From the IMG/VR virus record IMGVR_UViG_3300032334_000335, positions 22,556-86,555 of that record: 64,000 bases of DNA, one strand, 5' to 3'. The position numbers and the translations under genes are program-made. The notes beneath the pieces are model-generated. The model was given only the letters and a program-made list of their open reading frames with translations, ran no database searches and was not told the origin of the DNA. Position 1 is the first letter of the stretch. Each line of letters begins with the position of its first letter. Source of the stretch: a virus. Positions 33,127 through 45,000 of the stretch are shown one piece after another.

Positions 33127-35418
33127 TTAAAATGCCGGTGGTCCTGATCTAATAATATAGTTTATAGTTAGATAAGGATTCATTAGTGGAATAGGATCTC
33201 CTAACGTGAAACTTGGATCTGGTTTTTTCACTGGACCGGATGTGTTTAAGTACTGAGCCGATCCCGGTGATGTTGGTCCTAAACCTGTTGCTGCCGGTGG
33301 ATTAATAGCTGTATCAACTCTTACAGCAGAATATTGTATTCCGTTATATGTTAAGCTATGCTCGTGGTCTGGAATATTTGACAAACTTAAACCAACTGAG
33401 CTTTGGCCGGCATCACCACCTAAAATCGTTGCTTTAACGTCTGGTACTCGTCCTGAGCTGCCGCCACCTGCATCAATGTAAGATCCGTTTAGTGTCGGTA
33501 CTGTGCTGCCATTATCCATATTATCTTTACCTAGTGTAAACCTTCCACGTAAATCAGGAACACGGAATGTATTAACACCAGCATATGTAATCGTTGATGC
33601 AGCGCCTGTACCATCAGCAGCAGTTGCATTTCTAGAAGCTATAAAAGAGACACCGACTGCGTTTGTTGTTGCTCCAAAACTTATAAAGTTTGTGGTGCCG
33701 ACAGCTTCAATCGTATATGTTTGATCTTTAATCAACTGTGTAGCTAAACGAATAGTTTTACTGAAAGATGTACCGATAATGTCATAGAGGGCTTGATACT
33801 TTGCAATTTCTTGTTCACTTCCGTCGCAGAATAGATAACCATACGGTACTGATTTACCACCATACGGTAATATTGTTCCTATTGGAACCCCTAAGTCTCC
33901 AATAAAATTATCTCTGCTTTGTTTTAATAGACCCGATGCTACACCAGTTGCTGCGCTAGCTCTATAAGTTAGCACATAGTCTGTTCCCAATGATTTCGAA
34001 ACTTCATCTTTTGAACTGATGATGTTTGCAGTAAGTGTTGTATTGAATATTTTTGTAAAACTTCCTTTCTGTCCGTCGAACTCGATCGGCGGGGAAGACA
34101 CGTCACCGGTTAGTGCAAAAGAAGTTACGTTTTTTAAATTTGTAGCTGTGTTGGCATTACCGTTAATATTTCCAGACAACACACCTTGGATGGTATCTGC
34201 TACGATTGTTTTTGCTCGTACAGTTCTCCATCGCTTTGTTGCTGAACCTAGGTCAGAAGCATCAGTAACACCTGGTTGAAGTGTTGACGTTTGAGTCACT
34301 CCAGTAACCACAAGATCTGTGCCAACTAAAAGGTTTTTAGATATAGCTACGCCGCCAGCTGTTCGAATACTACCATTATTAAAGTTAGTTGAAGGAGTAG
34401 TATCTGTTACAATGATACCGCCTGTTGAAGCAATATTTCCTACGACATCTAAAGATTCTTCAGGAACTGCTTTGTTAATACCAACCTTGTTATCAAGGAT
34501 TCTTAAGATCGTATTAGGAATTCCATCTCTGTTTACCTGTAGATCTAGAGAACTTCCAGAAGCCGCATTGTATATGGTAGCTGCTGTTGTTGAGTTTGAA
34601 ATAATTAATGTTCCATCAACTCCAAGAGTAATACCGTTATTACTACGAATATTAATTCCCTGTTCGGTTGTGTTAACTTGATCTTTTCTTAAAAAATAAG
34701 AAGCTGCTACGCCGTCTGGTTCACCAGTCTGAGAGTTGATCCCGGTATAGAGCTTATCAGCAAAGGTAGAGATTCCTGCAAGTTTAGGAAGAACATTACC
34801 AACGAAGTTTGCCTGTTCTGTTGCATTTGCAGGATTATTGATGTTTATCCCTGATTGTATTCCGATGAAACCAGTAATCTTGGATTTTGGAGTAAATGTA
34901 TCTTTGCTTATGATGGCAACAGGAATATCTGCCACATAAAATATAACTATTGATCTGTTAACGTTATCTGTATCAACGATTCTTTCAACTGCTGGACCGT
35001 ATCTCAGACCATCAACTGAGCTTTCTGTAGGTCCAACTAGAATCCATCGAGTACCTGTAAAAATACGCAACTGCTGATTAGTAGTGTCAACCCAAAGTTC
35101 GCCAACCTTGGCTGTTTCAACTGAAGGTTCAGAGTTGCTTTTTTGAATATTACTAGCTGCCTTCCAGTTAGTTCCATCCCATAACTGCATATAGCCATTA
35201 CCACTATCATACCAAAGTTGACCTTCAATCGGAGCTTCTGGTTCAGTGGTGCTGGCGAAGTTTTCTAAAAGATGAAGAAAATTCTCTGCAATAATTTGAC
35301 CGTAACCGGTTACATTTCTACCCGGAAATCTTAAACTAGTGTCTTCGCTAGAAGTATTGTCAAATACTGTTATTGGACTTTTGTTATTACTGTCGGTAAA
35401 ATTTACAATATATGGCAT
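33127..35418 (-). CDS. Tail fibre with phage tail collar domain
   Basis: Shared N-terminus; PIGTILPYGG...GYLFCDG...FRVPDLRGRF; MNPYLTINYII. Confidence 0.85.
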   Translation of the reverse strand: MPYIVNFTDSNNKSPITVFDNTSSEDTSLRFPGRNVTGYGQIIAENFLHLLENFASTTEPEAPIEGQLWYDSGNGYMQLWDGTNWKAASNIQKSNSEPSVETAKVGELWVDTTNQQLRIFTGTRWILVGPTESSVDGLRYGPAVERIVDTDNVNRSIVIFYVADIPVAIISKDTFTPKSKITGFIGIQSGININNPANATEQANFVGNVLPKLAGISTFADKLYTGINSQTGEPDGVAASYFLRKDQVNTTEQGINIRSNNGITLGVDGTLIISNSTTAATIYNAASGSSLDLQVNRDGIPNTILRILDNKVGINKAVPEESLDVVGNIASTGGIIVTDTTPSTNFNNGSIRTAGGVAISKNLLVGTDLVVTGVTQTSTLQPGVTDASDLGSATKRWRTVRAKTIVADTIQGVLSGNINGNANTATNLKNVTSFALTGDVSSPPIEFDGQKGSFTKIFNTTLTANIISSKDEVSKSLGTDYVLTYRASAATGVASGLLKQSRDNFIGDLGVPIGTILPYGGKSVPYGYLFCDGSEQEIAKYQALYDIIGTSFSKTIRLATQLIKDQTYTIEAVGTTNFISFGATTNAVGVSFIASRNATAADGTGAASTITYAGVNTFRVPDLRGRFTLGKDNMDNGSTVPTLNGSYIDAGGGSSGRVPDVKATILGGDAGQSSVGLSLSNIPDHEHSLTYNGIQYSAVRVDTAINPPAATGLGPTSPGSAQYLNTSGPVKKPDPSFTLGDPIPLMNPYLTINYIIRSGPPAF

Positions 35419-35420
35419 GA

Positions 35421-36083
35421 TTAAACCTCAGTAAAACTAGTTAAGCTCTGTACACGGATTGTATAATCAATCTGTAAAAGTCTATTCAAACTTTTTTGTA
35501 CTGGGTGGAAAATAACATGAGTCAACAGTTTTCCTTCTCCATTAGGGTTGTAAGATTTAAGACCAAGTTCATCAAATACAAAGTTTCCACTTAAATCAAC
35601 AGAGTTATCAAATGCTTCTTGTTCTGTAGGCTCACCATAATCTAAAAGACAAGATACTAGTATATCACTGTATGTTGCTCCGCTGACATGGCGGATTTCC
35701 ATTTTATTTCTAACAGGATCGGTGTTTGCTATGCTATTTTGATCTACAACTTTAGCATATGTTTGATTATATAAGCTAGAGTTAACACCTACGGTATTTG
35801 TTGTCAAGTATGTAATCAATCCTGTAGGATCTACAGTTGTACCGCCTGTGCCAAATGCCATTTGATAGATAGTACCTTGTCCTTGATTACTCAACGCATT
35901 AACCATTGCCACTGACATATTTTCGTAGTGGATCGCATTTCGCTTGTCGATAAAAACTTCGCCGGATTGCGGGTCAAATATCTTTATATGCCCTTCAAAA
36001 TGGAAGCCGCCTGTCTCATTTGGACGAGTTTCTTGTTGATTTTGATCTTTATTTTCTGCCATATTAGTCTCTTGTGATTCCAT
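35421..36083 (-). CDS. Probable baseplate/virion structural protein (start may be 36062)
   Basis: Lies between the giant structural gene and the fibres; VFDELGL, THVIFHPVQKSLNR. Confidence 0.6.
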   Translation of the reverse strand: MESQETNMAENKDQNQQETRPNETGGFHFEGHIKIFDPQSGEVFIDKRNAIHYENMSVAMVNALSNQGQGTIYQMAFGTGGTTVDPTGLITYLTTNTVGVNSSLYNQTYAKVVDQNSIANTDPVRNKMEIRHVSGATYSDILVSCLLDYGEPTEQEAFDNSVDLSGNFVFDELGLKSYNPNGEGKLLTHVIFHPVQKSLNRLLQIDYTIRVQSLTSFTEV

Positions 36084-36088
36084 AAGTG

Positions 36089-36095
36089 TATTTAT
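36089..36095 (-). promoter_or_regulatory. Late promoter-like ATAAATA overlapping the giant gene stop codon
   Basis: GAATAAATAC on - strand. Confidence 0.5.
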
Positions 36096-39000
36096 TCGGG
36101 TAGTTTCGTAGTCCTTTGAGCTATGAAAATAGCCTGAGGAGTTGTATTTTCAAGCAGAGTTACCCCTGTAAGCGTGGTATCTGTTCCAAGATTGTACCAT
36201 ACTCTACCAGTTTTTCTAATGATCGTAATGCGTGTTCCTGCATCAAACTTGTTTGTTAAACGAATATAGTTTGTTGAGCCGTCAACTGAAAAATCAGCTT
36301 CTCTTACTTCATCAGCGGCCGGACTTGCTGCTCCAAGCGTCTGATTATATATCGAGATCGGATCTTTAAACAAACGTTTTCCTGCTACAAAAACTTCAAC
36401 GGTATCGCAAGGATAGAATCCTTCTGGGATCGTATCAGTGTAAGTAAACTCTACAGTGGCTCCCAAAGAATCTATTCGTTTCTGAGGAATAAAGTCCAAT
36501 GGTCCGATTAACAATGAGCTGCCGTCGCTTACGAAATCTGTACGTTCCTGATTTTCGTTATAAGGAATTACTTCACTCGAACTGCTGTTAGCAATCAATG
36601 TTCCTGTATTGTAGCTGTTTCCAATCGGTGTTCCAGCAACACCCCGTCTTAGTTGAGATAAAGTATTGTCAACCTTTGACATGTATTCTATTTTTTCTCC
36701 GGCTATTGAAATTATACCAGGTATATTTCTAGATGGAATCGGGTCCGGTAGTTCTGCAGCATTGTTAACAACCATAGAAGTATCATAATAATTCAATGGT
36801 TGGGCCAAACTAACTTCGTTTATTGAATATCTCTTATATTGATAGATGTTTAACATATCTTTAAAGATTTCATAACCGCTAGGAGCTCTATAAATTTCAG
36901 ATCCAAAAAGAACAATTTTTATCTTATCGTTGACAGTTGTAGTATCTTTGAGATACACTACAGATCTAGGCAGCGACACAGAATAATCAAGATCTTGAGT
37001 TAATCTATTTCCATTTTTATATACCCAGACATAGCTTATATTCACAGGCTCATGAGCCAACTGATATTGAACTTTGCCGCCAGTGAACTCGTCGGAGACT
37101 ATCTTCATCGAAGGATATTCACCAAACCATGTAACTTGAACATCGTCTCCGGTTGTTAAACTAATAGAATCGTCGATAACTATATCGTTACCATCTACAT
37201 AATACTGTGTTCTAAAGTTATTTGTTATCTTAATGATATCACCGTGATTGAGAATCGATGGCTCGATAGTTAGAACTTTTGTTGTTCCGTCATATACATA
37301 ATCCTGAACAAACGTTCTAAGCTCATCATTTACATAAACAAAAATATTAGTTGGTAAGATAGTACCAGGAGGTTCTACTGGATCTAATCCCAATACAAAC
37401 TCATTCACAGTACCATCATATGTTGAATACAGTGTATCAACACCTATCAATGCTACATTGTTTATTTGAACTATCATCGACTCAACTGCTGACGCTGTGG
37501 CAAGAGTTACAAAGTTATCAAGGCCAAATCGTCTTTCAGTACCACGATAGGTAAATGATTGTTGATTGACTCTAACTATTGGTATAGAAGAAGTGTCGGT
37601 GTTTCCTGATGAACCTAGGGATATAATCTTTATAATATCTCTGTTATTTGGCTTGATACCGAACTGTACTAAAACTTTTCCTTCAGTGTCGATAACACCA
37701 GTACTGTCAATAAATCCGATATCTTGATACTCTCCATTTACTGTAACAAAGATTGAAGATGTATCCGCATAGTTAGCTTTGGTTAAAAATAGACCAGTTT
37801 CGCCGTCAGCTTCAAACTCTTGATAATCAAGTAAAGACACTCCGCCTACGCCTATTGAAATAATCTCAACAATAGATCCAGCTGTTGGTGCAGTTACAAA
37901 CTCTACAGAAAGAGTTCTTAGGTTGACAGAATAATCAAGAGGGTCTGTTCCTGTATTGCGCTTAACTTTATCAACGTATACCAATACAGACTGTGATTCT
38001 AAAACATTAAGACCGATGCTAAAAATCTTTCCTCCTGATGCTACAGCGATTCTAGATTGCAAAGGAGCCACTCCAAATCTTGTAGAATGGAATACTTTAA
38101 TAGAAACACTGTCAAGGACTTGTCCTGGAACATTTTCCTCCGGAGCTGGCACTTGATCAGGGCTAACAAATTTGTCTCCGTCTACTACGATATCCTCGGC
38201 TGATAGTCCATTTGCCGTTTGATAAGCACCTTGTATTGCGGATAATGTTCCTCCGCTTAGTCTTGTATCTAATAGGTTTGGATCTAAAATAGTTACAGAT
38301 CCATCACTTTCTAAAGGACGGAATATCAATGTATCACCGTTATTCAACTCGACGTATTGAGTTATTTCAATAATATTTGAAGTACCATTAGCAATAAACG
38401 TTGGCATTTCTGCATATGGATTTATAGCCGACGATGAATCCCATTCTGTTTGTTGATAGTTTGGATCATCTATTCTTACTGCCGATAACTGTCCGACACG
38501 TTTAATGTAAACAGTAATCTGTTGTCCTTCAGGCGGAGTATAAGGTAGCACAATGTTAAAATCTTCCCAGTAATCCTGCCAGTTATTTTCAGTCAATGGC
38601 AGTATAACATTACCAGCAGAGTCGGCTGTCTTTTTTATAGCTCTATATAAGCGATTACTGTATTTTATTACTGAACCTTTTTTATATGCAGTAGTTGAAT
38701 CAGCACTTGAGTCGATATCCATTACATAATAAAAATCTGAAGATGATTCTACGCTATCCCAACTGTCCGTGAACCAAGGTAGGGCATCCCATCCTCCAGT
38801 AACATCAAAAGTTGTACCCTGTATCTGTACACCACCAAAATCTATACCAGTCATTAACTGGCTTAAATCGTTTCCTATCATCGAGGATGATGGGTTATAG
38901 AATTTCTGTATCCTGTTAACAGAATCTAATAATGAATCATTCTTTTCATAGGTTATTTCTATGACATCGTTTTTGGCTGGTGCATCTACAAGTATCAACT

Positions 39001-42000
39001 TGCCTTTTAGCTGACGATAGGTGTCAGACATTTCAGTGTATAAGCTGATAGAGTATTCACTGCCTAATAAAATTCTATTGTTTTTTATTACAGTTATCTT
39101 GCTTTTATTTCTATTTGGCGCATAGCTTAATGTGAAACTTCCAGTCGCTCCAGTAGCCACGAATCTCTGAGACTGAGTAAATGATGAATACAATCCGTCT
39201 TTGGTAATACGATCCAACTTCATAGAAAGACTGAATGTTCTTGCTTTTGAATCTCCGATGATAGCAACTGCCATAGCAGTGGCAGAGCCGGAAGAGTTTC
39301 CGCCAACTAAAGTTATTGTTGGTGCTACGGTGTAACCTGCGCCAGGAGTTAATACTTTTATTCCAGACACAAATCCATTTGAAATAAATGCCTGAGCTGT
39401 TGCTCCTTTGCCGTTGCCGTCGACACTTGTAATGATCACAGTCGGTGGAGCATTATAATCTTCACCTTTCGAGAACAACTCAATAGATGTTACAGAATAA
39501 CCGTGATTATCTGACCACAACTTCCAAGGATAGTTTCCGATGATATCATTTCGAGATGTTACAGGAACAACTTTACCGTCAACTGTTGAATATGTTGGTG
39601 GAAGATCAAAATCTCCGACTGCTGTATTTGTAGGTTCAATAGTGTTATATCGACTTACATATTCTCGAACTGTGGTACGATATGGTTTAACTTCGTTGAT
39701 GTATTCTTGGAAACTTAGTAGATTATCATTTTTGTAATTTAATTTTTCTACTAACGGTCCTACATTATGTACAGCATTTAAGAAGCTGGTCTTGAAAGCC
39801 CAGTCAACGTATTGTTGCTCAGCAAATACATATCTAATAGAACTAAAGAATAGGTTATTCCATTCAACTGCATACTCGCCTACAAAGATATCATTTTTCA
39901 CTGCTGCAAAGATATTTCTCATTTCTTTTGAGTTTTCAATGTCGTAGAATCCCGTATCAAAAGATTGTGCAGTATCGTAACCGATACCTGCAGATGCTGT
40001 CTGATATAACGTACTCTTAATGTTAATAGTACCTTTTTCTCTAGCAACCATTGAGTATCGATCTATAAATGTTGCGCCAGTTTCGCTGGTTTTTTGGAAT
40101 ATTGCCCAGCCGCCGGTTCCGTATTCTTTTATTTTTATTAAATCTCCAAGTAAAACTGTTATTGTTTCTTCTTCTGTAACATTGGCAATTTCTTTGATTA
40201 TACGTGAAGTTATCGAATAACCAGACTTCCACCAATCAGTCAACTCCCAATACTTGGTTGTATCATATGCTTGAGATTTACTTCTAAAGAATACTCCACG
40301 GACATCGTCCCATGCATATATGCTCCAGAAATTATTTGCTGTCGAATCTATGTTAACTAATACTGAGAAGTTTCTTACTGTTGCTGTTGCGGTAGTGTAG
40401 TTTCTACCTCTATTCGTTATTGAAACTGCTGTTATTCTTCCTTGGCCATCCATGTGACAAATAGCTGATGCATTAACGCCGTCGCCACTAACTACGATCG
40501 GAGGACCTTTGTAGACATTTGGCACTTCTTGATTGAACAGTTCTTTTGGTTTATATCCAAACCCAGCATCAACAATATCAATAGTATCAATTTGACCATC
40601 AACAATATTGGCTCTTAACTTGGCTTGTTTAATGCGATTAGTACCAACTGTAGTTAAATCAATGTAAGTATCTACTTCTATATCATAGAGATTTAACAAA
40701 CTATTTGGCTGACTGTCAACTAGATTTAAATTTTCAAAACTTATAGTGTCAGCGAACGGTTCTTCAAGAAGAACTGTATTAATTTTTCCAACTACAGTTT
40801 TTAAAATAGGAAGTCGATCCACAAACATACTTTGTCGTGGTCTAAATAATAATCCATATTTTTGTTTTGCAGGCAACGCCGGATCCGGTACTCTGTTCCC
40901 TGCTGTGTCGTATCCTACTAAACTATCTAACCATTTATTTTCAAGTTTTGCAGAAGGTAAACTATCAGCTACTCCTTCTGTCAGAAGTTGGTATTCATTG
41001 TGAACCAAGTTCAATGGTTTGTTATTCTTCTTGTATTCGATATTAATCAGTGCAGTATCTGATAATACATTTGGAAAGTTATAAGCCAAGAACTTATCAG
41101 TGTCAATAAATGCTATGAAAGCAATTCCCGATCCAGACGGATTAGAAATCAATGATGCCACCGATGCTGCTGAAATAGATCTGTTGTCAGCTGATGTAGG
41201 TACTATTACTTTATTTTTTACCCAATAGTAATACAATGTACTAGTTGGTTGTCCTGTGACAGCATTGTACAATACCTTAACAGTATATACATCATTATTA
41301 GGATGCAACGGCTGTCCTGAAATTCCTTCTACTATACCCTCATTGGTATCTGCAAGAGCACTCCATTCGTTTGGCAGTAATGGAGTTTCGATCCATTCAT
41401 AGATATCTATACTAGCACCTTCGGCTAATACTCCCCAGTTCCCTGTTCTGTATGCTTGAGTTCCTTGTTCGTAATAGTTCCATTTGGCTGTTGATATATC
41501 CCACCATAGCTGTCCGACATTTTTTTCTGCCCATGCTTGTGTTGGTTCAACTACTTGAGAATCGGTTCCGATAGTGTATACTGCAGGGTCATAAGGTGTT
41601 TTAAACTTAATCTCTGTTTCTGCAGAATTTAATATTTTAAGTTTCGCTGGATCTATATAATCAATATCTTGTATCTTTTCGTTCTTGATGTTGTCATACA
41701 ACGAAACGCTCTTGATTTTTGAAATATCAACAACTGGTTTTTGTTCTGCAATAGTTTCCCAAGATTCTACTCCAGTGTCTTTCTTAAACAATCTAACATT
41801 ACCAACTTTGCCGTCAGTATAAGAAACTCCGGTGCTATTCGAAACAGGAGTTTGGTAATCAGGAGATCCTACTACTATCACAGAATCTGTACAATCAACA
41901 CTGTAACCAAATGACTCAAATGGTGACAACTCTGTTTCAAGTTTTTCTGTTAAGAAGTACACAGAGTCTTTGATTTCAAATACATAAACGGCTCCAGCAA

Positions 42001-45000
42001 ATCCTTGACGGTCGATAAATCGTGTTTTTCCGTTATCGAAATATGTTCCTAAAGTTGTATCAAGTCTGCATGACAACGCAAACGGAGTATTCTTAGCACC
42101 TATTACAATCTTTTCAGTATTTGCACTTACAGAGATACTTTGACCAAAATATTCGTTAGGATATATTTCAAAACTTTCAAGTTTTTGTTTTAGTCTATAT
42201 GAAAGATCTGCATATCCGTCTGTTCGGAAAACATATGCACTTCCCTGATTCTGGAAATTAATATCAGCTTTCGGACTAGTTACTGCGAGAGTTGATCCGC
42301 TATAATCAAGATCCAACGCCCACCCAAACTGATCACCTGAGCTTATGTTTTCAGAAGTTCCTAAATCGCTTATATCAGACAACGCACCGTTGTTGATAGT
42401 TTGTTTTAAATCGTATGTACCATAACTGCTTCTTTGATAAACAAAAACTTTGCCGGATGCAGTCGATGTGCTATCGCCGACATTTTGCCAAGGTAGGCCA
42501 GCATCTGGCATTTCGTTGTAGCTTCGTGTTGTAGAATCTGGAATTTCTGCTGTTCGTTGTACTAACGTATGATAGAAATCTTGATACTTTACAGTATCTC
42601 CCTCAACATACTCGACATCCGGTCTCCACAAACCTCGATAGTTATTAAAATATTGACCATCGCTGTTAGGTACACCAACTGCCAAGATGCTACCATCTCG
42701 ATTCATAGCTAGACTAAAACCAAACTCGTCACCTTGTTTAACCTGTTCTGCTAACTGCGATGGATCTAATAATCCAGCAGATAATTGTAATAGTGTTGAT
42801 CCGTCATCCTCTAATGATAAAACCTGAGGCAACGAACACTGTGTGGCAACAGGATCTAGTTGTTTCCATTCATTAGAGTTTATATTAATAGTACTGCCAT
42901 CTCCGGTAGTATCGTTTTGAGCTTGCCATAAACTTGAGTTATGCCATACTATTGCACCAGCAGGATATTTTACTGATCCAGTATTATCATATACTCCCAT
43001 GTAGTTTTGATTTTCAATATGTCTCCAGGCAGGAGGAACTGATGTTGAAATCAAAGTATGATAACTGCTGTCATCAATACCAATGTCAGTAAGGTCGATT
43101 AATCTACCTGCTGCGACAGCTTCTGTTGGATGAATAGCATCATATGCTGTTGCCGCCAGAGATATAACTGTTGCACTCCATCTAACAACATAGAACACAG
43201 TTCCTATATCAGGCGGTGGAGGGCTTGTTGCTGTAGATACAAACTGTCCAGACAATGTGCCGTTCTGATAACTCATTGCTTGGCCTTGGTATAGACCGTG
43301 TGGTTCTGTAAAGACCACAGCATCGTATGAAACACCATGTTGGATCTGTGATCCACTGAAAGTAACCACTACTTCTTGTGCGTTTTGAGTTCCAAGATAG
43401 TTATAAAGATAAACTCTACCAGTTGTATGATATGATCCAATAGCAGAAACAGCAAGATAATAATCAAGACTTGATTGGCCAATAGCTATCGCTGAGCCAA
43501 AACGTTCGTTGGCTTCTGGTCTCGGACTTACGAAAGAATCTCTAATAACCCACTGCTGGTCGCTGTATTCATATATAGAAATCATTCCTTGCTCTGTAAA
43601 CCCATCGGATCTACCTACTGGAGTTGCCGGAATTGATTCTGCTGCTGCCCATTTTTGTGATGCAATATCAATAGTACTATCGTTCAACTGAATAACGTAC
43701 CCAGTTCCTGGTAATACAGTTACAGCGGCAACTGCTTTGAAACTTTGTCCTTCAACATAAGTTTTCCCCGATGTGCCTGCTGCTTGATTCCATTTTGACT
43801 GTGATGTGCTTCCTAAAGAAACTATCTTGTAATATCTTCCAGGCACTATAGATGACAGATATACCGGACTTAGGTTGAATGTAGTATCTTCAAGAGCTTT
43901 CCAAAGTTTTCCAGAATATTCAACAATATCCCCTGCCAGATAAGTGGTACCAGGGTTGTATATGCCTTTGTAGTTATTACGAATACCGCTGGCTAATGGA
44001 GAGGCAATAACTAAGAATCTATTGTCAGGAGAAACTGCAAGTTTCATTCCAAACGATCCTATTACGTTTGTTTCAAATCCGGCAGGTGGTGGTATGATCT
44101 GTTTAAGTGATAGTCCTGTATCCGATTCAATGTAAGACATTACATAACCGGATTTAGGCATACTAACAATAGTCTGCTTCAATGCAGAAATATATACTAC
44201 CGCGGTGCCAGTAGATAACGGGGCTGTTATTCCGTAATCTGATATCAGTCTATTGCTAAACTGTTTCTTCTTTTCAACCACTTCCCATAAATCAGCACCT
44301 GCATTGTCAACCCACATTCTTGAATTATTTTTTAATAATGCACCTGCTTCTGGGTTGATTGCTTGATATGATTCAAATCTGCAATCAGTAAATGTATGAA
44401 GATTTATAATGGTGCTGCTATCAAAGCCTGGTTCTTGTGCTGTGGCAGATACTTCTACACTTACTGTGTTAGAAGTCACTGCGGTTATCTTGAAAAATCC
44501 TGTAAGATTAATAACATTTTTTATTCCGATAATGTCGTCTACTTGAAGAGAATGTCGACGTGAAAGTGTTATTTCAACTGTGGTTAAAACTTTTGATACA
44601 GCAGTTACTAACAGCAACGGTGATTCATTAAATCTTAACACCGACCACGAAGGCGTATCGAATGTTACCCAAACATGATCGTTTTCAGTAAAGTTAACAA
44701 TATCTAAAGCAAGTATACTGTCTCTAGTTGCAACAGAAAATGCCACGTGATCAGATTTTACATAACCCGATGTTCTATTTGGCTCAGCATCATACGATGT
44801 AGGATTGACATTCGTATCAAAAGGTAAATCTTTTATTGTAAAATTAGATTCGGTTAATCTATAATATTGATCTGTAGTTGTACCACCAACCGATGGAACT
44901 ATCAGCATTAGTTGCGGATTAAGTGCAAACTTGGATTTGCTAACTTCAAACTCAATTTCTTTTAACTGATCAATTCCGCCAACTTGCCCAACACGGAACG

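Noticed and set aside
23333-35418. Diversity-generating retroelement or invertible fibre cassette
   Set aside because: No reverse transcriptase, invertase or near-identical template/variable repeat pair was seen; fibre similarity is at the diverged protein level
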